Shown here in pieces: positions 20,291-28,583 of a DNA stretch of 59,361 nt. The stretch comes from Thiotrichales bacterium (GTDB lineage: Bacteria > Pseudomonadota > Gammaproteobacteria > SZUA-229). Under the pieces are notes generated by a model that made no database searches, was not told the origin of the DNA, and worked only from the letters and a program-made list of their open reading frames with translations. The stretch covers positions 1,884,143-1,943,503 of the forward strand of contig CP070838.1 of the NCBI GenBank assembly GCA_020341835.1, in the 5' to 3' direction. The position numbers and the translations under genes are program-made. The first letter of the stretch is position 1, and each line of letters opens with the position of its first letter.

Positions 20291-21844
20291 TCAGTAATAT
20301 TCCTTTGGTACGGCCTTGAAGATAACATCCTCGACCCGTTGCCACCAGTTGCGCGCCGGCTGGGTAGTCGCGGTTTCTGTATCATTCACCCAGCGCAAGC
20401 CGACTTCCTCATCGAGTTCCACGCGCCAGCTGTTGCCGGGTAGCATGTCGCGTTCAATCAGGCGGGCCAGGGATTCACCCAGCTGTTCGCTATCGATGAC
20501 GACGCCCATCTCGGTGTTGATCATGGCTGAACGGGGATCATAGTTCATCGAACCGATGAAGACCTGCTGACGGTCAATCACCATGGCTTTCGAGTGCAGT
20601 CCGGTGAATTTGGCCTGAATAGGCGGCGTGTCAGCAACCAGGGATTGTATTGCCGGGTCGTGACGCATTTCATACAGTTCGGCGCCGGTCTCGAGAATGG
20701 GTTTGCGCCATTGCTTGTAGTGGCTGTTCACCGCGGGAACATCATGCGAGGCCAGTGAATTGGTCAGAATCCGGATATCAACACCGCGCTCAGCGAGCGC
20801 CTGTAGCTTGGCTATACCGCGCTCGGTAGGGATGATATAGGCGTTGACGATCAGCAGTTCGGATTGTGCCGCATCGATCATGGAATGTATCTGTTCCAGC
20901 ATCACGTGTTCGATCACGCCTGCTTTCGGCAGGTCTGAAATCACCTGGCTGGTACCGGTATGCATGTTTGCATGCAGGGCTTGAAGCTCGGAAGCCCATG
21001 ATCCCGGTTCGAGCGGGATCTGTGTCAGCGAGGCCGCCTCGTCGATTTGCTGGTTCAGCATGGCATGTGCTTCTGCCTGCTCGTCTGGTGATACCTCTAT
21101 ATTCAGTGCCGAAGCCGGCATTACCCAGCCACTGTTCCAGTAAGCATCGAAAACAGCGGAAGCCTGTCTTGCGACCGGTCCGATACCCAGAACATCGAGA
21201 TCGTGAAAATTGAATTCTTCGTGTAACCCCATGTATTCATCACCGATATTGCGTCCGCCGATAATGGTTGCGCGGTTATCGACGATCATCACCTTGTTGT
21301 GCATGCGCTGGTTGACGCGTTTGAATTCATCCAAACCCTCTCCGACACGACCGGGAATGTCCCGGCTTGACCAGGGGTTGAAAAGCCTGAGCTCGAGGTT
21401 CGGATGCGAATTCATCAACGTTGCGGTCCTGTCACGCATCTTGATCGAACTGGCATCACTGAACAGAGTGTTAAGGTCGTCGACCAACATGCGCACCCTG
21501 ACGCCGCGGTCAGCCGCATCGAGAAGCCGCCTGGCGAGGATACGCCCGGCATCATCGCCATACCAGAGGTAATACTGCGCATCGATCGAATGTTGGGCCG
21601 AGTCGATCAGTGCCAGCCGCCAGCGCAGGCCGTCTTCGTTGCTGTCGAGCAGCGCAAAGCCGGATACTTCGGGGCCGTGTGCAGCACGAATGGCCGATTC
21701 AATGCTAAAGAAGGCATCATCTTTTTGTGCCGCTTTCGCATATTCGGGTGCAGGGCGAACATAGGGTTTGACCGTCGTGGTTGCACAGTTACACAGGTTG
21801 ATGGCAAGCGCTAAAACAAGAACGATATGAAGTGATAAGGGCAA
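20291..21844 (-). CDS. Phospholipase D-family lipoprotein (two HKD motifs)
   Basis: 517 aa with the lipobox LAINLCNC and HKD motifs HNKVMIVDNRATIIGGRNIGDEY and HSKAMVIDRQQVFIGSMNYDPRS. Confidence 0.85.
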   Translation of the reverse strand: MPLSLHIVLVLALAINLCNCATTTVKPYVRPAPEYAKAAQKDDAFFSIESAIRAAHGPEVSGFALLDSNEDGLRWRLALIDSAQHSIDAQYYLWYGDDAGRILARRLLDAADRGVRVRMLVDDLNTLFSDASSIKMRDRTATLMNSHPNLELRLFNPWSSRDIPGRVGEGLDEFKRVNQRMHNKVMIVDNRATIIGGRNIGDEYMGLHEEFNFHDLDVLGIGPVARQASAVFDAYWNSGWVMPASALNIEVSPDEQAEAHAMLNQQIDEAASLTQIPLEPGSWASELQALHANMHTGTSQVISDLPKAGVIEHVMLEQIHSMIDAAQSELLIVNAYIIPTERGIAKLQALAERGVDIRILTNSLASHDVPAVNSHYKQWRKPILETGAELYEMRHDPAIQSLVADTPPIQAKFTGLHSKAMVIDRQQVFIGSMNYDPRSAMINTEMGVVIDSEQLGESLARLIERDMLPGNSWRVELDEEVGLRWVNDTETATTQPARNWWQRVEDVIFKAVPKEYY

Positions 21845-21909
21845 GTCATCTATCTCCGTAATAACCGCATGCCGTTCATCTGTGCCTCGCCAGCTTGTGC
21901 AGGCTGGAT

Positions 21910-23808
21910 CTACTGCAGGTAAAGATCTTTTATGGCTTTCTGTCGGGTGTTGTCAATACCCAGCCCTTCAGCAAAGTATTTCTCGATGCTGCCGTACTTT
22001 GTCCGCATCTCGTCGAAAGCCGCATTGAGGTATTCTTCTTTCACGCCCAGGATGGCACGTGGAATTTCCGGGTTGCCGCCACCGGCAACAAAGGCGTCGA
22101 TTGCACCCTGATAAGCGGGGAGGATGTAGTCGTTGCTGCGCAAGTAATCCTGCTTCACAACATCCTCTGGTACACCCAGCAGCGTCAGTAGTGCCGCGGC
22201 AGCCCAGCCGGTTCGATCCTTTCCGGTTGTGCAATGAAACAGCGCGGGTAACTGCGCGCTGTCGCCCAGGGCATGGAACAGCTTGCTGAACTCCCGTTGC
22301 GCGCTCGGCAAGGAGACGAACTCACGGTAGGAGTCCTTGAAACCGGCTTCGACCTTTCCACCTCCAAGTTCGGCGTTTGCCTTTTTCGGATCCTGCATGA
22401 GTATTTCCAGCTGCGCCGGGCCGGCCTGCGGTGAATCGGCAAGCACGTCGAGGATAACGTAGTTGACCCCGGGCGGCAGCTCTTCCGGGCGTTTGTCCCG
22501 TTCTACTGCGGTGCGCAGGTCAAAAGCGGTCCTGAGCTTCAGTGTAGCCAGCTTCTCCATGTCTTCCGGACTGATCTTGCTGAGCTGGTTGGAGCGATAG
22601 ACAAGACCGGTAGCAACCTGCCTGTCACCACGGGTCTGGTAACCACCTAGATCGCGCAGGTTTGGTACAGAAGCGATACCGAGGTTTTCACCGGGTTTCG
22701 GTTCGGTATGGCTGTGACCGGTGCCCAGCACAGGTGCGCGGTCGTAGGCGCCAAACATCGCCGGGTCCAGCCCCTTGCGATCAAAGATGCCCTTGAGAGC
22801 AATACCGGCGATTTCGGGACCGTTTTCGGTCATCGTTACCCACGTCAGGTGATCGACATTGCCGGGGCCATCATGGGTGAAGGCTGCACCTGCCGATGCC
22901 ACGGTGATGTATTCCTGGCCGTTGATCAGATCGTAGTCATAATAATGTGTGTGCCCCGCGAAAAAGGTGTAGTTCCTTCCCTGGATCGCCTGATCGATTT
23001 CCTTGAAGCTGTCTGACGGGTTGTCCCAGACCGGCTCGTGCATGAACACGAAGGTCCAGCGAACGTCAGCGTTCTGTTCCAGTATCTTCCTGAACCAGGT
23101 TCTCTGCTTATCCGGGAATTCGACTTTGGCGGCATGGCCGAATGCCTCCTGGGCTTCCGGTGTCTTCATCCACTCGACGATGAAGGCCGTCGCTTTCTTT
23201 GGATCCTCGTTCTTGAGGCGGTTGTAGGTGTTGATGTCCTCCTCCATGTTGGGGGGCATGGGGCGCTCAGCGTCTTCGGTATCCAGAGCAATAAATAACA
23301 CGTCCTTGTATCGGAAGTAGTAGTACTGGGGGCCCCGCCGTTCGCTCCAGGCCTCGCGGGTCAACGGCATATTGATATCGTGATTGCCTCGAACATAGAA
23401 GAACGGCATCTCGAGTTTTGCAACGATAGCCTCGAACTCATCCCACTGCGCATCCATCTCCGTTTCTACCGTGGTGTAGCCCTCGACGTAGTCGCCAACG
23501 CTCATCACGAACTCCGGGCGCAGCCAGTTCAGCTGCTCGATAGCCCGTTCATAGGTTCCGAGTGGACTTGCACCGCCGCCCCGGTCGCCGAGGATGGCAA
23601 ACCGGAAGTTGTCGGGGTTGTTACTGAATTTACCGGAAGTCCAGGGGCTGGCGCCTGGAATCTCAGCCTGATCATAGGTGAACACAGGGACTTCTCGCGC
23701 TACCACTGAAGTAGGCGTCTCGCTTTGATCACAGCCGACCAGCAACAGCATCGCAATAACTGGCAATATCGCGCGAATTCCAGCTGAGTGCCTTGTTATA
23801 TGCTCCAT
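21910..23808 (-). CDS. Exported fusion protein: calcineurin-like metallophosphoesterase plus C-terminal Cys-based (CX5R) protein-tyrosine-phosphatase-like domain
   Basis: The start at the 23808 ATG is preceded by GAGGAAGAG, and the lipobox is LLLVGC. Metallophosphoesterase motifs are GDRGG, GDYVE, GNHD, MHEP and GHTH. The C-terminal half carries HCTTGKDRTG (CX5R P-loop). The ORF track extends to 23856. Confidence 0.8.
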   Translation of the reverse strand: MEHITRHSAGIRAILPVIAMLLLVGCDQSETPTSVVAREVPVFTYDQAEIPGASPWTSGKFSNNPDNFRFAILGDRGGGASPLGTYERAIEQLNWLRPEFVMSVGDYVEGYTTVETEMDAQWDEFEAIVAKLEMPFFYVRGNHDINMPLTREAWSERRGPQYYYFRYKDVLFIALDTEDAERPMPPNMEEDINTYNRLKNEDPKKATAFIVEWMKTPEAQEAFGHAAKVEFPDKQRTWFRKILEQNADVRWTFVFMHEPVWDNPSDSFKEIDQAIQGRNYTFFAGHTHYYDYDLINGQEYITVASAGAAFTHDGPGNVDHLTWVTMTENGPEIAGIALKGIFDRKGLDPAMFGAYDRAPVLGTGHSHTEPKPGENLGIASVPNLRDLGGYQTRGDRQVATGLVYRSNQLSKISPEDMEKLATLKLRTAFDLRTAVERDKRPEELPPGVNYVILDVLADSPQAGPAQLEILMQDPKKANAELGGGKVEAGFKDSYREFVSLPSAQREFSKLFHALGDSAQLPALFHCTTGKDRTGWAAAALLTLLGVPEDVVKQDYLRSNDYILPAYQGAIDAFVAGGGNPEIPRAILGVKEEYLNAAFDEMRTKYGSIEKYFAEGLGIDNTRQKAIKDLYLQ

Positions 23809-24220
23809 TGACTCTTCCTCACTGCCGAACACTTGCTTAAGGGTATTTGAATACATAGCTGATAATCAGCGCTTGTCGTGCAGGTGTGTTTCATTCACGC
23901 CAGTGAAGCTTTGATGACCAGTGCATAAATGACTAATCTAGGGCGCGGAATCGAAACGGTGCTTGATTCAAGTCAAGTAATTGATTTGTTTGAATCGATA
24001 TTTTAAAGCTCTGCTATTGCGTGTTTCGGAGTCTAGCGGCCACAGCGAGCGCTTATCATAGTGGTCTCGTTTTACACGATTCTCGTCGGCCTGGTTCTGT
24101 ATCTTGTTTTGGCGCTGAGCGATCCTTTTCTGGGAGGCATTCGTGTCGATACAGATACACTCGAGCCTCTGCTCGCGAGGATGCGGTCTCTGTCTGTTTA
24201 GTGCAGACGGTGCGTATTCT

Positions 24221-24364
24221 GTTTATATATGTTCGCTGGAAACGCGCACTCACCGCTGGACCACTTACGATGCAGTGTTATTTGGTGTAGATTTACACGA
24301 GGATGTGCTGACGAGTCAGCAGGGAAGGGCCTGTACGTCGCCAATCTGGTACTTATCAACATAA
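24221..24364 (+). pseudogene. 3'-terminal relic of a second DUF3604 paralogue
   Basis: Translation ...ETRTHRWTTYDAVLFGVDLHEDVLTSQQGRACTSPIWYLST* aligns with the C-terminus of the downstream gene (...EIPTPRWTTYDAFRFGVELPQDVPTSTQERAYTSPIWYTP*). I saw no matching upstream coding sequence. Confidence 0.6.
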
Positions 24365-24388
24365 TCAATCACTTACGGGGGTCGGCAT

Positions 24389-26314
24389 ATGCGAACCAGG
24401 TCAATCTTACAGATAGCTTCCATTACTTTCGCGATAGGCCTGGGCTTGCCAGCCTGGTCACAATTACCGCCGCCGCCGGATAAACAAACGTTGGCGGATG
24501 TCTACACCGGAAAATCCTACTCGCCTTACGCGGGTCGCGGGTTCCCGACACGGATTTACTGGGGCGACACCCATTTACACACGTCGATGTCATTCGACGC
24601 CGGAGCTTTTGGCAACCGTCTCGGCATTGACAAGGCCTACCGGTTTGCGCGTGGCGAGGAGATTGTTTCATCAACCGGTATCCCGGCAAAACTGTCGCGA
24701 CCGCTCGACTGGCTGATGGTAGCTGATCACTCCGACAACATGGGCTTTTTCCCCGACCTGCTCGCTGGTGAGCAGCATCTGCTCGCCGACCCGATGGGCA
24801 GAGAGTGGTACGACCGGATACAGGCCGGTGAAGGTGTCGACGTGGCACTGGACATCATCAGCCTGTTTTCCCAGGGCAAGTTCCCTGAATCATTGATGTA
24901 CGCACCGGACACCATGCCCTACAAAACCGCCTGGCAGGAGACCATCAAAAAAGCCGAAGAATACAACGATCCTGGCAATTTCACGGCCTTTATCGGCTTC
25001 GAATGGACCTCACTGGTTCAGGGCAACAACCTGCACCGTGTGGTCATGTACCGCGACGGCGCCGACAAAGCCTCGCAAATGGTGGCCTATACCACGGTAC
25101 CCCCGCTTGGAAGCCCGAATCCGCGCGACCTGTGGAAGTGGATGTCGACCTATGAAGAAAAGACCGGCGGCGATGTACTCGCGATTGCCCACAACGGCAA
25201 CCTGTCCAACGGCATCATGTTTCCGTTGAAGGAACAGTACGATGGCAAAAATCTGGACAAAACCTATGTGACAGAGCGTGCCAAATGGGAACCGGCCTAT
25301 GAAGTTACCCAGATCAAGGGTGATGGTGAAGCCCACCCCTACCTGTCACCCGAAGATGAATTCGCCGATTATGAGAACTGGGACCTGGGCAACCTGGACG
25401 CGTCCGCGGCAAAAACCGATGACATGCTGGCCGGCGAGTATGCCCGCGAGGCACTGAAGCGCGGACTGGTGATCGAGAAAAAACTCGGCACCAACCCGTA
25501 CAAATTCGGCATGATCGGTTCTACCGACAGCCATACTTCACTGGCGACAGCACAGGAAGACAACTTTTTCGGCAAGCACTCCGGCGCCGAACCGGATTCA
25601 GAGCGCATGACCCATCCCTTCATGGAAACCGAGGTCGGTAAACTCTATGGCTGGCACATGGTTTCTTCGGGGCTGGCAGCGGTATGGGCGACCGAAAATA
25701 CCCGCGAGGCCATTTTCGATGCCATCGCTCGCAAGGAAGTGTATGGCAGCACGGGCAGCCGCATGGCGGTGCGCTTCTTCGGTGGCTGGGAATTCACCGA
25801 GCAGGATATCAACAACCGTCAACCGGCTTTTACCGGATATAGCAAGGGCGTGCCGATGGGCGGCGACCTTTCCGCAAAGCCGGACCAGGCAAAGGCGCCG
25901 ACTTTCATGGCGCTTGCCTTGCGTGACCCGATTGGCGCCAACCTCGATCGCATTCAGATCATCAAGGGCTGGCTCGATAACAAAGGCAATACCCACGAGA
26001 AGGTCTACGACGTAGCCTGGTCAGGTGATCGAAAACCGGATGCCAACGGTAAGCTGCCGCCGGTAGGTAATACCGTTGACGTGAAGAATGCGAACTGGAC
26101 GAATACGATCGGCGCCTCGGAACTGGCAGCGGTCTGGACCGACCCAGACTTCGACCCGAGCCAAAAGGCGTTTTACTATGCCCGCGTGATTGAAATACCG
26201 ACGCCGCGCTGGACGACCTATGATGCCTTCCGCTTTGGTGTGGAACTGCCGCAAGATGTGCCGACCTCGACACAGGAGCGCGCCTATACTTCACCGATCT
26301 GGTATACACCCTAG
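24389..26314 (+). CDS. DUF3604 domain-containing secreted protein
   Basis: 641 aa with a signal peptide, a PHP-like metal motif (WGDTHLHTSMSFDA) and later HSDN / AHNGN motifs. I recall this pattern as the DUF3604 family. Confidence 0.75.
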   Translation: MRTRSILQIASITFAIGLGLPAWSQLPPPPDKQTLADVYTGKSYSPYAGRGFPTRIYWGDTHLHTSMSFDAGAFGNRLGIDKAYRFARGEEIVSSTGIPAKLSRPLDWLMVADHSDNMGFFPDLLAGEQHLLADPMGREWYDRIQAGEGVDVALDIISLFSQGKFPESLMYAPDTMPYKTAWQETIKKAEEYNDPGNFTAFIGFEWTSLVQGNNLHRVVMYRDGADKASQMVAYTTVPPLGSPNPRDLWKWMSTYEEKTGGDVLAIAHNGNLSNGIMFPLKEQYDGKNLDKTYVTERAKWEPAYEVTQIKGDGEAHPYLSPEDEFADYENWDLGNLDASAAKTDDMLAGEYAREALKRGLVIEKKLGTNPYKFGMIGSTDSHTSLATAQEDNFFGKHSGAEPDSERMTHPFMETEVGKLYGWHMVSSGLAAVWATENTREAIFDAIARKEVYGSTGSRMAVRFFGGWEFTEQDINNRQPAFTGYSKGVPMGGDLSAKPDQAKAPTFMALALRDPIGANLDRIQIIKGWLDNKGNTHEKVYDVAWSGDRKPDANGKLPPVGNTVDVKNANWTNTIGASELAAVWTDPDFDPSQKAFYYARVIEIPTPRWTTYDAFRFGVELPQDVPTSTQERAYTSPIWYTP

Positions 26315-26377
26315 TTCGGTTATTGCAGTCATTCGGGGGGCCGGGTTTTAGCCAGCGGCTGGTTAAGGTCTGATCGC

Positions 26378-27349
26378 GTGAAGTTCTTGTCAGCTAATAG
26401 AATTCTGTGGTTCCTGCCACTATCTGCCTCGTTGGGTTTGCCGTTGCAGGCCGAGGTGTTGCCAGGCCTGAGCGCGTTGTCCGAAACAATCGTGCGCGAA
26501 TCCGCCATCGCCTTTGTTAACACGACCACATCACCCGGCCTCGAAGGTGCCACGCTGAATGTCGATGATGGCAACAGGCAGTCAGAACAATGGCGTTCAA
26601 GTCTGGGCTTCGCCGCTGAATTTACCATCAGGCATCGCATCTACAACGGTTACTGGGGGCTGGCGCTGGTCGGTGGTTCTTTGAGTGACAAGGTTCAGCT
26701 CACCAGTGATAATGGCCAGCCCGTGCAACTCGATCTGACGCGAGACGTGATCGCATTGCGAGGGTCGTTCGGGCTCAGCTATCCAGTTAACCGGTATGTC
26801 AAAATACGGCCGTACCTTTCGCTGGCTGTCTCTGACCTGCAGACGGAGTCGCTGGTCGATGGACTGATATCGACGGCACCGGTCAGCGCGCCTTCCACCA
26901 CCATCAGGCTTAATACCAGTGCACAGATGCTGTCGACCACGGGTTCCGTCGACGCACTGTATTCACGCTGGTACGGCCCTAAGCGGCTGGAACTGTCAGC
27001 ACACTATCATCTGATCTACACCAACGCGTTCAGTGAAGACAACCCGGTGCTGGAGACCGAGGCCTGGAATGATGTACTGCAATTGAAAAGCCGCTTCAGT
27101 GCCCCGACGCGGTTGACCAGCATGGGCAGACCCTGGCGCTGGCTGGTGTACGCCAACCACACGAATTTCCTCAGCCAGGAGAGCATTTCTCTAGGTTATA
27201 CCAGCCTGTTCGAATTCGGTGCCGGCATGGAATGGCAAATGAACATCAAGCCGCTCGACTGGTTTGGCTGGCAGATGGTTGGGTTACGGGCGGGTGTGAT
27301 TACAAGTAGTAATGTTGAAGGCTTCAATGTAGGTTTGACCGCACGATGA
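26378..27349 (+). CDS. Putative outer-membrane beta-barrel protein (possibly a solitary autotransporter-like barrel)
   Basis: 323 aa with the signal peptide LSASLGLPLQAEV and alternating hydrophobic/polar beta-strand periodicity throughout. There is no canonical C-terminal aromatic residue. Confidence 0.45.
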   Translation: MKFLSANRILWFLPLSASLGLPLQAEVLPGLSALSETIVRESAIAFVNTTTSPGLEGATLNVDDGNRQSEQWRSSLGFAAEFTIRHRIYNGYWGLALVGGSLSDKVQLTSDNGQPVQLDLTRDVIALRGSFGLSYPVNRYVKIRPYLSLAVSDLQTESLVDGLISTAPVSAPSTTIRLNTSAQMLSTTGSVDALYSRWYGPKRLELSAHYHLIYTNAFSEDNPVLETEAWNDVLQLKSRFSAPTRLTSMGRPWRWLVYANHTNFLSQESISLGYTSLFEFGAGMEWQMNIKPLDWFGWQMVGLRAGVITSSNVEGFNVGLTAR

Positions 27350-27729
27350 ATATTCGAACCATGGCATCAGTTTGTACAGCCGTACTCCTTGGTGCGTGCG
27401 TACAGAAACCGGTTTTCAAGGGCGACGACTACGCGTTTCTTAGATCGAACTACCCGATTGAAAAGCTAAACGGTGTAGATATCGAGCCGATATTCAGGAC
27501 GGATATCGAATCGGGAAAAGCCAGCGCGGTTGTTATTTACCACACTTACCAGCACAACTTTATCTGTACATTCAACTGGACCGCTGAGGCCCGGACGGTG
27601 TACGAGGTTACGAGTCAGGAGAACCAGAATCCTTTAACCATGTACCGATGGGTTCGAAGAAACAGTCTGTGGGCGGCAAGGCTGGATCCGATACAACCTG
27701 AACAATGTATACGTGAAAACAGACCTTGA
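27346..27729 (+). CDS. Small lipoprotein of unknown function
   Basis: 127 aa with the lipobox VLLGAC. Its start overlaps the upstream stop (ATGA), which suggests translational coupling. Confidence 0.6.
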   Translation: MNIRTMASVCTAVLLGACVQKPVFKGDDYAFLRSNYPIEKLNGVDIEPIFRTDIESGKASAVVIYHTYQHNFICTFNWTAEARTVYEVTSQENQNPLTMYRWVRRNSLWAARLDPIQPEQCIRENRP

Positions 27730-27865
27730 GCCGGGTCGCCACGGCGCTATAGGGCTTTGGTTTGATGCCGCTTGGTCGAAGATCAGGATGGTATACACGA
27801 AAATAACGTACAGGTTTCATGATCTATACAGGCGTGTTAGAAACCATCGACGCTATTCAGACCGA

Positions 27866-28489
27866 TCACTTGTTGTTTGAAATTGGATCAATCCGGGTGG
27901 TGAGTGGCCGGCCGTTGCTGCGGAACGAGATATCCAGGTCGCCTTCGCTGCCAACCATGACGGCTTGTACCATTGGGAGATGAACCGGTGACTCAGCATT
28001 CCATTTGACCAGGAAGTTGGCGCCGGTGCCGCCGCGTTTGTCTCGCTTTTTGACCAGCACCTCGGCGCTTTCTAAAGGGGCCAGCATAAGCGCGCCGTCC
28101 AGATATTCGTCAATCCTTTTGCCTTTGGTATCGAAATAGGCAATCGAGGTAATTACTACAGCTTTTTCGGGGTCAGTATTGCGAACGCTCAAAGTCGTTT
28201 CCAGAAGCACGGGCGTGCCGCCCATCGCATAAATATGAGAATACACGGGCACGTATATGGTATGCGCGTGCCTGGCGGAAAACAGGGGCTGAGCTTTATC
28301 TGGATTCGCGAGGGTTGCAACAGGTGACTGATACTCGAGTCTGCTTTCAAGTTGACCCTCTATATCACCGAGTTTGTAACCAAAGTAACTGAGCAGTGCG
28401 AGCATGGCGAGAAACGCGAGCGCACCGAAGGAAGAAGCGAAAATCGGGTTTTTCCTGTTGTAAGCGGTTTTGTCTGTATCATTATTCAT
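27866..28489 (-). CDS. DUF3124-like membrane-anchored protein
   Basis: 207 aa with an N-terminal TM helix. The motif IYVPVYSHIY and the later GGTGANFLVKW match what I recall for DUF3124. Confidence 0.55.
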   Translation of the reverse strand: MNNDTDKTAYNRKNPIFASSFGALAFLAMLALLSYFGYKLGDIEGQLESRLEYQSPVATLANPDKAQPLFSARHAHTIYVPVYSHIYAMGGTPVLLETTLSVRNTDPEKAVVITSIAYFDTKGKRIDEYLDGALMLAPLESAEVLVKKRDKRGGTGANFLVKWNAESPVHLPMVQAVMVGSEGDLDISFRSNGRPLTTRIDPISNNK

Positions 28490-28583
28490 GACTGATTCCT
28501 GTCGGCCGATATTTTGATAAAAATGTTCTCGACGATCTATTTAGTTCTGGACAATTGATGCCATTAGCAACCGCTCGCTGCGC

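Noticed and set aside
20291-21844. PLD-family protein as a possible defence nuclease (Nuc/BfiI-like)
   Set aside because: It is a 517-aa two-HKD protein with a lipoprotein signal peptide, and its neighbours are exported phosphatases. This fits a phospholipase or cardiolipin-synthase-like enzyme better than a cytoplasmic nuclease.
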